A DNA stretch of 59,324 nucleotides, the filler included. It is 5 parts of 5 records of this genome, joined end to end, with 100 filler letters (N's around TTAATTAATTAA, not from the genome) between each part and the next. Parts side by side here need not be neighbours in the genome. Positions count along the whole stretch, not along the records: positions 42,620 to 59,324 come from DRR723986_2280; 4 more parts are not named here. One strand, given 5' to 3'. Shown in pieces: positions 48,751 through 59,324 of this stretch (position 1 is the stretch's first letter; every line of letters starts with the position of its first letter). A program made the translations under genes and the position numbers. The notes beneath the pieces were generated by a model, which saw nothing but the letters and a program-made list of their open reading frames with translations, ran no database searches and was not told where the DNA came from.

Positions 48751-49734
48751 ATGCAGACACGCGACGACGACTGGACATCATATATGGCCATCCGGGCGGC
48801 CTGGCTGTCCTTTGTTGGCGGCCGTACGCAGGGCGAAATCGCCTCGCAGCTCGGCGTTTCGCCTGCCAAGGTGCATCGCCTGATCGCTCACGCGCAGAAA
48901 GCCGGTTTCGTCAAATTCCAGGTCGATGGTCGCCCGATGGAATGCCTCCAGCTTGAAAAGGAGTTGACGGAGCATTTCGGCCTGACGAACTGCATCATTG
49001 CTCCCGATCTTGGTGGCGGCGACGACGACAGCGCCCTCAGGGCCGTCGCGGTGTCCGCGGCACAATTCCTGTCCGGGATGCTTGGTGGGTCAAACGTCAC
49101 GCGTCTGGGCGTTGGCATGGGCCGCACGCTGACCGCGGCTGTCGAAGCGTTGCCGAAAGTGGCAAGAACCGATCTCGAAATCATGTCGATCTGCGGATCC
49201 CTGACGCGCACGCTTGCTGCCAACCCCTATGACATCGTTCAGAAGATGCAGGAACGCACAGGCGGCATCGGCTATTATCTGCCGGTTCCCTATTTTGCCG
49301 AAAACCAGGACGAAAAGGCGATGTTCCTGACCCAGCGCAGCGTGCAGGACCTGATGGATCGCGCGCGCCAGTCGGATGCCTTTCTCATCGGCATCGGTTC
49401 GGTCGAGAACGAGGGCCATCTTGTCCAGCGCGGCATGATTTCCAAAAAAGAACAGGAAGATTTGCTGTCGGGCGGCGCCGTCTGTGATTTGATGGGGCGC
49501 TTTCTGACGATCGAGGGAAAATTGGCCCCGGATCCGCTCGGCGATTGTGCCGTGGGTCTGCATTTCGACGAAGTGCGCGGGCGCCGCGTGATTGCGCTGG
49601 TAGGTGGGGAGAGCAAGGTGGATGCCACGCTCGCGGCCCTGCGTACCGGTGTCATTACCGACCTTGTGGCAGACGAGACCCTTGCGAGGGCTCTGACGGC
49701 ACGGGCCGGATTGCAGCTGGCACAGTCCGCATGA
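48751..49734 (+). CDS. SorC/DeoR-type sugar-binding transcriptional regulator
   Basis: TQGEIASQLGVSPAKVHRLI HTH; LGVGMGRTL; sugar-binding C-terminal domain; heads the nucleoside operon. Confidence 0.9.
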   Translation: MQTRDDDWTSYMAIRAAWLSFVGGRTQGEIASQLGVSPAKVHRLIAHAQKAGFVKFQVDGRPMECLQLEKELTEHFGLTNCIIAPDLGGGDDDSALRAVAVSAAQFLSGMLGGSNVTRLGVGMGRTLTAAVEALPKVARTDLEIMSICGSLTRTLAANPYDIVQKMQERTGGIGYYLPVPYFAENQDEKAMFLTQRSVQDLMDRARQSDAFLIGIGSVENEGHLVQRGMISKKEQEDLLSGGAVCDLMGRFLTIEGKLAPDPLGDCAVGLHFDEVRGRRVIALVGGESKVDATLAALRTGVITDLVADETLARALTARAGLQLAQSA

Positions 49735-49802
49735 TGCGGCTGGGTCACGAGGGGAAACGGGCCGGCCAAAAGGCAGGCCCCCGCATGTCGGAGGACATAT
49801 AA

Positions 49803-50804
49803 GTGAAAAAGCTTCTTACCATCGGCACCGCGCTTGCCGGCCTGACCTTTACCGCCGTGGGCGCATTGGCAGCCGATATCAAGCCGGCAGTGCTTTACGA
49901 TCTGGGCGGCCGTTTCGACAAGTCGTTCAACGAAGGCGCATACAACGGTGCTGAAAAGTTCAAGGAAGACACCGGCGTCGAATACCGCGATTTCGAAATC
50001 CAGAACGACAGCCAGCGCGAGCAGGCCCTGCGCAACTTTGCCAAGCGCGGCATGAACCCGATCGTCGCAATTGGCTTCTCCCAGGCAAACGCCGTGGAAA
50101 AGGTTGCCAAGGAATTCCCGGATACGCAGTTCGCGATCGTTGACATGGTCGTCGACCTGCCGAACGTGCGCTCCATCCTGTTCAAGGAGCAGGAAGGCTC
50201 CTACATCGTCGGCATGCTGGCTGCGATGGCGTCCGAAACCGGCAAGGTCGGCTTTGTCGGCGGCATGGACATTCCGCTGATCCGCAAGTTCTCCTGTGGT
50301 TACAAGCAGGGCGTGATGGCTGCAAACCCGAAGGCGGAAGTCTTCGAGAACATGACCGGCACCACCGGTGCGGCCTGGAACGATCCGGTCAAGGGCGGCG
50401 AACTCGCCAAGTCCCAGTTCGACCGTGGCGCTGACGTTGTCTATCACGCTGCCGGCGGCACCGGCATCGGTGTTCTGCAGGCCGCTGCTGACGCCGGCAA
50501 GCTCGGCATCGGCGTCGACAGCAACCAGAACAACCTGCATCCGGGTTCCGTCCTGACCTCCATGCTGAAGCGCGTCGACATTGCCGTCTACCAGGCGTTC
50601 GAAGATGCGGCCAACGACAGCTGGTCCTCCGGCTTCGAAGTCCTCGGCCTCAAGGAAGGTGGCGTCGACTGGGCGCTGGACGACAACAACGCCGAACTCG
50701 TCAACGACGAGATGAAAGCAAAGGTCGAAGAAGCGACCCAGAAGATCATCTCCGGCGAGATCGAAGTTCACGACTACATGGCCGATCAGTCCTGCCCGAT
50801 GTAA
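49803..50804 (+). CDS. BMP-family nucleoside ABC substrate-binding protein 1
   Basis: Signal peptide; DKSFN, FKEQEGSY, AAGGTGIG, GVDSNQ, SMLKRVD. Confidence 0.92.
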   Translation: MKKLLTIGTALAGLTFTAVGALAADIKPAVLYDLGGRFDKSFNEGAYNGAEKFKEDTGVEYRDFEIQNDSQREQALRNFAKRGMNPIVAIGFSQANAVEKVAKEFPDTQFAIVDMVVDLPNVRSILFKEQEGSYIVGMLAAMASETGKVGFVGGMDIPLIRKFSCGYKQGVMAANPKAEVFENMTGTTGAAWNDPVKGGELAKSQFDRGADVVYHAAGGTGIGVLQAAADAGKLGIGVDSNQNNLHPGSVLTSMLKRVDIAVYQAFEDAANDSWSSGFEVLGLKEGGVDWALDDNNAELVNDEMKAKVEEATQKIISGEIEVHDYMADQSCPM

Positions 50805-50815
50805 GGCAGTCGTTT

Positions 50816-50847
50816 TGGACCTCCGCGCGATACCGTGCGGAGGTCCA
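50816..50847 (+). other. intercistronic stem-loop (mRNA stabiliser or attenuator)
   Basis: TGGACCTCCGC...GCGGAGGTCCA inverted repeat after the first binding-protein gene. Confidence 0.6.
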
Positions 50848-50890
50848 CCTGTATTTCTAGCGTGCCCAACCCGTTTTTTCGGAGGACAGG

Positions 50891-51883
50891 ATGCTCCGTC
50901 TCACATCAGGCGTCATTGCTGCGGCCTGCGCTGTCTTCATGACAACAACCGCAACTCTGGCCGAACCGGCCATCGTTTATTCCGTCGGCGGCAAGTTCGA
51001 CGGGTCTTTCAACGAAAGCGCCTTTGCCGGCGTGAAACGGTTTCAGGACCAGGGCGGCGACGTCAGGGAATTCGAGTTGGAGCGCGATGCGCAAAGCCTG
51101 CAGGCACTGCGGAACTTTGCCAGCCGGGGCGCGTCCCCCGTTGTCGCAATCGGTTTCAACCAGGCCAACGCGCTTGGCCAGGTGGCTCCCAATTTTCCAA
51201 AGACGGATTTTGCCATCGTCGACATGGTGGTCGATCAGCCGAACGTGCGCTCCTATGTCTTCAAGGAACATGAGGGGGCCTATATCGGCGGTTTGCTGGC
51301 CGGCATGGCCTCCAAGAGCGGCACCATCGGTTTTGTCGGCGGCATGGATATCCCGATCATCCAGCGGTTTCTGTGCGGCTACAAGCAGGGCGGCCAGGCC
51401 GCAAGGGCGGATATCAGGGTTCTGTCCAACATGACGGGCGATACGCCGGCCGCTTTCGCGGATCCTGTTCGCGGCGGCGAACTTGCCATCGGCCAGATCA
51501 ATCAGGGCGCCGATGTGATCATTCAGGCAGCGGGCGGAACCGGCATTGGTGTGCTGCAGGCAGCTGCCGACAAGGGCGTCCTCGGCATGGGCACCGACAG
51601 CAACCAGAACGGCCTGCATCCGGGCAAGGTCCTGACGTCCATCCGCAAGCGCGTGGACAACGCCGTCTACGACAGCTTTCAGGCGGCGAAGGACGGCACC
51701 TTCGAACCCGGCATCAAGGTGCTGGGCGTCGCGGATGGCGGCATGGACTGGGTGCTGGACGAAAACAACAAGGACCTGATCACGCCGGACATGAAAGCGG
51801 CGGCGGATGCCGCCGTTGCGGCCATCTCCGACGGCACCGTCAAGGTTCATGACGTCGTCACCGACGGAGCATGTCCTTTCTGA
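50891..51883 (+). CDS. BMP-family ABC substrate-binding protein 2
   Basis: Paralog of previous gene (DGSFN, FKEHEGAY, GTDSNQ). Confidence 0.92.
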   Translation: MLRLTSGVIAAACAVFMTTTATLAEPAIVYSVGGKFDGSFNESAFAGVKRFQDQGGDVREFELERDAQSLQALRNFASRGASPVVAIGFNQANALGQVAPNFPKTDFAIVDMVVDQPNVRSYVFKEHEGAYIGGLLAGMASKSGTIGFVGGMDIPIIQRFLCGYKQGGQAARADIRVLSNMTGDTPAAFADPVRGGELAIGQINQGADVIIQAAGGTGIGVLQAAADKGVLGMGTDSNQNGLHPGKVLTSIRKRVDNAVYDSFQAAKDGTFEPGIKVLGVADGGMDWVLDENNKDLITPDMKAAADAAVAAISDGTVKVHDVVTDGACPF

Positions 51884-51955
51884 TCGGGACACCGCGAGGC
51901 AGCGGCGAGGGGCAATAACAATGACAAAGAAAAACAGTCAGGCCTGGGGGAACGC

Positions 51956-53505
<1,550 letters not shown>

Positions 53506-53509
<4 letters not shown>

Positions 53510-54612
53510 GTGCCGGTCAGCTCCCGCGCTGGGTCGATTACGGCCTGATCCCGTTCCTGAACCTGGCCGCCGCCTTCCTGGTGTCCGGCCTCGTCGTTGT
53601 CCTGATCGGGGAAAACCCGCTGGACGCGGTGCAGCTCCTGGTCTGGGGCTCCATTGGCTATGGCGAAGGCATCGGCTTCACGCTGTTTTATGCCACCAAC
53701 TTCATCTTCACCGGCCTGGCCGTGGCCGTTGCCTTTCATGCCGGGTTGTTCAACATCGGCGGTGAGGGCCAGGCCTATATCGGTGGTCTCGGGGTCGCCA
53801 TAGCCTGTCTGGCGCTGGACCACATCGTGCCGTGGTACATCACCTTGCCGTTCGCCATCATCGGCTCGGCGCTGATGGGGGCCGCCTGGGCGTTCATTCC
53901 GGCCTGGCTGCAGGCCACCCGCGGCAGCCACGTGGTGATCACCACCATCATGTTCAACTTCATCGCCTCGTCGCTGATGGTCTATCTGCTCAACAACGCG
54001 TTGAAGAAGCCAGGCTCCATGCAGCCGGAAACGCGAACCTTCGAGGACGGCGGCCGTCTGCCGTTCCTGAACGACATATTCCCGTCCTTCGGCTTCGGCT
54101 ATGCGCCGGTCAACCTGTCGCTCTTCGTGGCGCTGGCGGCTTGTGTTCTGGTCTGGGTGCTGATCTGGCGCACCAAGCTCGGTTTCGAGATCCGGTCCTT
54201 CGGCGCCAACGCCACAGCCGCGGTCTATGCCGGCATCTCGCCGGTGCGCACCATCGTCATCACCATGCTCATATCCGGTGGTCTTGCAGGCATGATGGCG
54301 ATCAACGAGATCATGGGGTCACAGCACCGTCTGCTGATCGATTTCGTGACCGGCTACGGCTTCGTCGGCATCGCGGTTGCCCTCATGGGGCGGGCGCATC
54401 CGGTCGGCATCGTTCTGGCATCGATCCTGTTCGGCATGCTCTATCAGGGCGGCGCGGAACTTTCGTTCGAAATGCCCAACATCACGCGAGACATGATCAT
54501 CGTCATCCAGGGCCTTGTGATCCTGTTTGCCGGTGCCCTTGAGCACGTGTTCCGCCCGGCCATCATCAAGCTGTTCACGCCCTCCCGGGCTCTTGCCGAG
54601 AAGGAGGCGTGA
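53506..54612 (+). CDS. ABC permease
   Basis: GLFNIGGEGQ, multiple TM segments, ATGA overlap. Confidence 0.92.
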
Positions 54613-55583
54613 TCATGTTCGAGATCGTGATCCTGACACTTGATTCCACAGTCCGCCTGTCGACACCGCTTCTGCTGGCCTGTCTGGCAGGGCTTTATTC
54701 GGAACGCTCCGGCGTGGTCGATATCGGCCTGGAAGGAAAGATGCTCGGCGCAGCCTTTGGGGCGGGTGCGGTAGCCTACATGACCGGAAACGCCTGGATC
54801 GGCCTTCTGGCGGGCATGGCGGTTTCGATCGGCCTGGCGCTGATCCACGGCTTTGCCTCCATTACCAACCGCGGCAACCAAATCGTTTCCGGCGTCGCCA
54901 TCAACTTCCTGGCAGCGGGCCTGACCGCGCTGCTCGGGCAGACATGGTTCCGCCAGGGCGGTCGTACACCCTCACTGCCGGAAGGCGGACGGTTTAGGGA
55001 CATCGTCTGGCCCTACGCGGAAGAACTGCGCGATGTTCCGATCATTGGCGGCATCTACAGCGAACTGCTGTCAGGCCACAACATCCTGGTCTACGCGGCT
55101 TTCGTGGCCGTGCCGCTGACCTGGTGGGTGCTGTTCCGCACCCGTTTCGGGCTGCGCCTGCGTGCGGTCGGGGAAAACCCGGCGGCCGTTGACACGGCCG
55201 GCATCTCTGTCACCTGGCTGCGCTACCGGGCGGTCATCGCCTGCGGTGCCCTGTGCGGTGTTGCCGGAGCATATCTTTCCATCGCCCAGTCCTCCGGCTT
55301 CATCAAGGACATGACGGCGGGCAAGGGCTTCATCGCGCTGGCGGCCCTGATTTTCGCCAAGTGGAAACCGGCCAACGCCATGTTGGCCTGCCTGTTGTTC
55401 GGCTTCCTCGATGCTGTCGCCATCCGGATGCAGGGTCAGAAATTACCCGGTATCGGCGAAATTCCGGTGCAGTTCTTCCAGGCACTGCCCTATATTCTGA
55501 CCGTGATCCTGCTTGCAGGTTTCATCGGCAAGGCAATCCCGCCGAAGGCGGCTGGCATTCCGTATCTCAAGGAGCGTTCATGA
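54609..55583 (+). CDS. ABC permease
   Basis: SERSGVVDIGLEG, GLRLRAVGENP, GKGFIALAA. Confidence 0.92.
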   Translation: MIMFEIVILTLDSTVRLSTPLLLACLAGLYSERSGVVDIGLEGKMLGAAFGAGAVAYMTGNAWIGLLAGMAVSIGLALIHGFASITNRGNQIVSGVAINFLAAGLTALLGQTWFRQGGRTPSLPEGGRFRDIVWPYAEELRDVPIIGGIYSELLSGHNILVYAAFVAVPLTWWVLFRTRFGLRLRAVGENPAAVDTAGISVTWLRYRAVIACGALCGVAGAYLSIAQSSGFIKDMTAGKGFIALAALIFAKWKPANAMLACLLFGFLDAVAIRMQGQKLPGIGEIPVQFFQALPYILTVILLAGFIGKAIPPKAAGIPYLKERS

Positions 55584-55978
55584 GCGATCTGGACGCGTTG
55601 TTCGAGGCCGCAAAAGCGGTTCGTGAAAACGCATATGCACCCTATTCAAACTTCCTGGTCGGCGCGGCCTTGCGTGCACCGGACGGCACTGTTTTCATCG
55701 GCTGCAATGTGGAGAACGCTTCCTACCCGGTGAGCGTTTGTGCAGAAGGTGGGGCGGTCAGTGCCATGATTGCCGCCGGTTACCGCGAAATTGCGGAAGC
55801 CGTTGTCATTGGCGATGCGGCCCTGTGCACGCCGTGCGGCATGTGCCGCCAGCGTCTGAAGGAATTCGGCACGGACGATCTGGTTGTCCATGTCGCTGAT
55901 CTCGACGGTATCCGGCGCAGCTTCACGATGGATGAGCTGCTGCCTGCCGCCTTCGAACTGGAATACACGTCAAAATAA
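55580..55978 (+). CDS. cdd: cytidine deaminase
   Basis: AYAPYSNFLVGAAL, GCNVENASY, CAE, PCGMCRQ. Confidence 0.95.
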   Translation: MSDLDALFEAAKAVRENAYAPYSNFLVGAALRAPDGTVFIGCNVENASYPVSVCAEGGAVSAMIAAGYREIAEAVVIGDAALCTPCGMCRQRLKEFGTDDLVVHVADLDGIRRSFTMDELLPAAFELEYTSK

Positions 55979-55994
55979 GAAGGACTGACCCACA

Positions 55995-56804
55995 ATGAGT
56001 GGTTTCGGCCGTGAATGCGCGGAGATCGTCCGCGCAGCCCGGGAGGGCTCGTACAAGATTGGCATGATCCTCGGCTCCGGCCTCGGCGCGCTCGCCGAGG
56101 AAGTCGAGGACGCTGTTCGCATTCCCTATTCGCACCTGACCGAATTTCCGGTCTCCACCGTCACGTCCCATTCCAGCGAGCTGGTTGCCGGCACGCTCTC
56201 CGGGGTGCCGGTGGTGATCCTGTCGGGCCGGGCCCATTATTACGAGGGCGGTGATCCGACGGTCATGCGCACGCCGGTGGAAACGCTGAAGGAGCTCGGC
56301 TGCGAGATCCTGCTGGCAACCAATGCGGCTGGTTCCTTGCGCCAGGAAGTTGCTCCCGGCTCGCCCATGCTGATTTCCGACCACATCAACTGGTCGGGCA
56401 TGAACCCGCTGATCGGTGAAGAGGACGAAAAGCGCTTCCTCGACATGAGCACCGCCTACGATGCGGACTTGCGTGCGGCGATGAAGAAAGTCGCCGAGGA
56501 AACCGGCGATCCGGTCGCCGAGGGCGTTTACATGTGGTTCTCCGGCCCATCTTTCGAGACGCCTGCCGAAATCCGCATGGCCAAGACACTGGGTGCGGAT
56601 GCGGTTGGCATGTCAACCGTGCCGGAAGTCATCATGGCCAGGTTCCTGGGTATGCGCGTCGCGGCCATGTCGATTATCACCAACTACGGCGCAGGCATGC
56701 AGACGCACGCGCTGTCTCACGACGAAACCAAGTCCGTCGCCTTGCAGGGCATGGAACGCATGAAACAGCTGGTGCGGGCATTCGTGAAGGAGATCGGCCA
56801 ATGA
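55995..56804 (+). CDS. purine-nucleoside phosphorylase (trimeric type)
   Basis: ILGSGLG, GRAHYYEG, TNAAG, GPSFETPAE, AVGMSTVPE. Confidence 0.95.
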   Translation: MSGFGRECAEIVRAAREGSYKIGMILGSGLGALAEEVEDAVRIPYSHLTEFPVSTVTSHSSELVAGTLSGVPVVILSGRAHYYEGGDPTVMRTPVETLKELGCEILLATNAAGSLRQEVAPGSPMLISDHINWSGMNPLIGEEDEKRFLDMSTAYDADLRAAMKKVAEETGDPVAEGVYMWFSGPSFETPAEIRMAKTLGADAVGMSTVPEVIMARFLGMRVAAMSIITNYGAGMQTHALSHDETKSVALQGMERMKQLVRAFVKEIGQ

Positions 56805-57583
56805 CTGACATGATCGAACACGCCAAACGGGCCCTCGGGCTCGTCGACCTGACCAACCTCAACGACGACTGCACGGCAGCGGATATTTCCAAGCTGACCG
56901 GACGGACCGTGACGGATCACGGGTCGGTTGCTGCTGTCTGTGTCTGGCCGCGTTTTGTCGCCCAGGCGGCGCAGGAGCTGACCGGTACCGGCGTGAAGGT
57001 GGCAACCGTGGTCAACTTCCCTGAAGGTGGCGAAGATACGGACGCTGTCCTGGCCGAGACGAAACAGGCACTGGCCGATGGTGCCGACGAGATCGATCTG
57101 GTGATGCCCTATAAGGCCTTCTGCGCCGGCCGTAAGGGCTTTGCGGAAGAGCAGATCATCCGCGTGAAGGCTGCCATTCCGGAACCGGCCTTGCTCAAGG
57201 TCATCCTGGAAACGGGCGAGATCAAGGACCCGCTGCTGATCCACGCAGCTTCCAATATCGCCATCGGGGCTGGTGCGGATTTCATCAAGACTTCGACCGG
57301 CAAGGTCGCCGTCAATGCAACGCTGGAAGCGGCCGAAATCATGCTGACCGCGATCGAGGAAGCCCGGCGCGACAACGCCGAGCGTGTGATCGGCTTCAAG
57401 CCGGCCGGTGGTATCCGCACCGCCGAGGACGCGGCTGCCTACCTGGCGCTTGCCGACAAGATCATGGGCCAGAACTGGGTATCGGCACACACCTTCCGCT
57501 TTGGTGCCAGCGGTCTCCTGGATGCCCTGATCTCGACGATTGAGGGCCAGGAAATCGTGGACCACTCCCACCACGGCTATTGA
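56801..57583 (+). CDS. deoC: deoxyribose-phosphate aldolase
   Basis: DLTNLN, ATVVNFP, LKVILETG, FIKTSTGK, GFKPAGG, RFGAS. Confidence 0.96.
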   Translation: MTDMIEHAKRALGLVDLTNLNDDCTAADISKLTGRTVTDHGSVAAVCVWPRFVAQAAQELTGTGVKVATVVNFPEGGEDTDAVLAETKQALADGADEIDLVMPYKAFCAGRKGFAEEQIIRVKAAIPEPALLKVILETGEIKDPLLIHAASNIAIGAGADFIKTSTGKVAVNATLEAAEIMLTAIEEARRDNAERVIGFKPAGGIRTAEDAAAYLALADKIMGQNWVSAHTFRFGASGLLDALISTIEGQEIVDHSHHGY

Positions 57584-57606
57584 GACGGCTTCAAGAAGGA
57601 CAACAA

Positions 57607-58923
57607 ATGCTGCCGCAAGAACTCATCAGAAAGAAGCGCGACGGTGGAACACTGGACGCAGCGGAGATCCAGTTCTTCGTCAAGGGTCTGGCCGACGGTT
57701 CGGTGACTGAAGGCCAGGTGGCGGCGCTTGCCATGGCTGTCTTCTTCAAGGGGCTGACCGTCGATGAACGCGTGGCGCTGACGCTCGCCATGCGCGACAG
57801 TGGCGATGTCATGGACTGGTCGGGCATCGACGCGCCGATCCTGGACAAGCATTCCACCGGCGGCGTTGGCGACAACGTCTCCTTGATGCTGGCGCCGGCG
57901 CTTGCCGCCTGTGGCGCTGCAGTACCGATGATCTCCGGTCGTGGCCTGGGTCACACGGGCGGCACGCTGGACAAGTTCGACAGCATCCCGGGCTATCAGA
58001 CGCAACCGGACAATCTGCTGTTCAAGAAGGTGGTCAAGGAGATCGGGTGTGCCGTCATCGGCCAGACCGGCAACCTTGCTCCGGCCGACAAGCGTTTTTA
58101 CGCCATCCGCGATGTGACCGGCACGGTGGAGAGCATCGACCTGATCACCGCGTCGATCCTGTCCAAGAAGCTGGCAGCCGGTCTGCAGGGACTGGTGCTG
58201 GACGTGAAGTGGGGCACGGGCGCTTTCATGGCAACACTTGAAGATGCTCGTGCGCTTGCCGAAAGCCTGGTGCTGGTCGCGAACGGGGCGGGTTTGAAAA
58301 CGACGGCTCTCCTGACCGACATGAACGAGCCGCTGGCGTCTGCCGCCGGCAACGCGGTTGAAATGCAGAACGCCGTCGACTTCCTGAAAGGCACGGCAAT
58401 CGACAACCGCCTTTGGGATGTCACCGTGGCACAAGGCGGCGAACTGCTTGCCTCGGGTGGCATTGCCGCTGATGCAGAGGCCGGTGCCGGCATGATGCGT
58501 GAAGCGTTTCAGAGCGGCAAGGCGGCTGAGAAGTTCGCCCAGATGGTTCATGCGCTTGGCGGACCTGCCGACTTCATGGAAAAGGCGGAACTTTATCTCG
58601 CCAAGGCGCCGGTGGAAGCGCCGGTCTATGCCGAACATGACGGCGTCGTTACGGGTGTGGATGCCCGGGCAGTGGGTGTTGCGGTCGTCGCGCTTGGCGG
58701 TGGACGCAGGGCGGCGGCAGACGTGATCGATCCGTCCGTCGGCCTGACCAGCCTTGCCGGTGTCGGTAACACGGTGGACGCGGATGCGCCCTTGGCGATT
58801 GTCCATGCCAGAACCGAGGCAGAGGCCGAAGAAGCAGCCGTCGCGGTGCGCAAAGCCTACACCATCGGCTCCGCAGCCGATGTCATCGACAGACCGAGCG
58901 TCGTCGAGCGCATCGCGCCCTGA
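57607..58923 (+). CDS. deoA: thymidine phosphorylase
   Basis: DKHSTGGVGD, MISGRGLGHTGGTLDK, SILSKKLA. Confidence 0.96.
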   Translation: MLPQELIRKKRDGGTLDAAEIQFFVKGLADGSVTEGQVAALAMAVFFKGLTVDERVALTLAMRDSGDVMDWSGIDAPILDKHSTGGVGDNVSLMLAPALAACGAAVPMISGRGLGHTGGTLDKFDSIPGYQTQPDNLLFKKVVKEIGCAVIGQTGNLAPADKRFYAIRDVTGTVESIDLITASILSKKLAAGLQGLVLDVKWGTGAFMATLEDARALAESLVLVANGAGLKTTALLTDMNEPLASAAGNAVEMQNAVDFLKGTAIDNRLWDVTVAQGGELLASGGIAADAEAGAGMMREAFQSGKAAEKFAQMVHALGGPADFMEKAELYLAKAPVEAPVYAEHDGVVTGVDARAVGVAVVALGGGRRAAADVIDPSVGLTSLAGVGNTVDADAPLAIVHARTEAEAEEAAVAVRKAYTIGSAADVIDRPSVVERIAP

Positions 58924-59007
58924 CCGGGAAAATGCGTGCCGGGCGAATGGTCGCCCGGAACCTCTCCGGCCGAACCGGCCGGCAATGATAAATTTGAGGA
59001 GATGTCC

Positions 59008-59324
59008 ATGCCTCGTGCAATTCTGTGCGTTCTGGACAGTTTCGGTATCGGCGGTGCCGCGGATGCGGAAGCCTTTGGTGATGCCGGGGCCGACACTTTG
59101 GGCCACATCGCGGCGCGTTGTGCAGCCGGTGAGGGCGACAAGGACGGTCTGCGCTCCGGCCCCTTGAACGTTCCCAACATGGACCGGCTCGGCCTGGGCG
59201 CGGCAGGGCGCCTGTCCACCGGCAAGGACGTGCCGGGCCTGGATTTCGATGGCGAGCCGGAAGGCCTGTGGGGCTATGCTGCCGAAGTTTCCAACGGCAA
59301 GGACACGCCGTCCGGCCATTGGGA
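59008..59324 (+). CDS. deoB: phosphopentomutase (N-terminal part, runs off window)
   Basis: Manual translation [35 protein letters not shown]...[20 protein letters not shown]. Confidence 0.93.
   Translation, partial: MPRAILCVLDSFGIGGAADAEAFGDAGADTLGHIAARCAAGEGDKDGLRSGPLNVPNMDRLGLGAAGRLSTGKDVPGLDFDGEPEGLWGYAAEVSNGKDTPSGHW

Noticed and set aside
48053-48956. ORFs in the region upstream of the nucleoside regulator (48153-48371, 48384-48956, 48519-48869)
   Set aside because: Atypical composition, mutually overlapping, no RBS or motif; treated as non-coding

Overview
The window is five unrelated contigs joined by artificial 100-bp spacers (N44-TTAATTAATTAA-N44 at 16803, 22087, 32247 and 42520), so gene order across spacers has no meaning. 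Contig 1 (1-16802) is an apparently complete ~16.5-kb integrative element running from a tRNA-Pro 3' end to a degenerate tRNA-Pro copy. It encodes a tyrosine integrase with a tandemly duplicated N-terminal arm-binding-like domain, matched by identical four-motif arm-site arrays at both ends. It also carries three small coupled unknown genes, a ~1250-aa primase/Zn-finger/DUF927-like helicase fusion followed by an iteron-like TGGGAG repeat block, a stand-alone TIR protein, a res site with serine resolvase, and a type I R-M operon. No virion or conjugation genes were recognised, so it looks like a satellite-type anti-phage defence island, and it is the most novel part of the window. Contig 2 (16903-22086, Planctomycete-like) has ECF sigma, anti-sigma, a secreted PDZ protein and galM. 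Contig 3 (22187-32246, Roseobacter-like) has pcm, surE, riboflavin synthase, kpsS/export/kpsC, ribD, nrdR, yjbQ, two paralogous secreted unknowns and the rpoD end. Contig 4 (32347-42519, Rhodobacteraceae-like) has the distal tad pilus cluster, an AAA ATPase, an Lhr-type helicase, PdeM with a LexA box, PaaI and a CDGSH protein. Contig 5 (42620-59324, alphaproteobacterial) has hrpB, glk, mgsA, a sigma54-driven DUF1194 gene and a nucleoside ABC uptake plus cdd/PNP/deoCAB operon. All product calls and taxon guesses come from motif recognition, not database searches.
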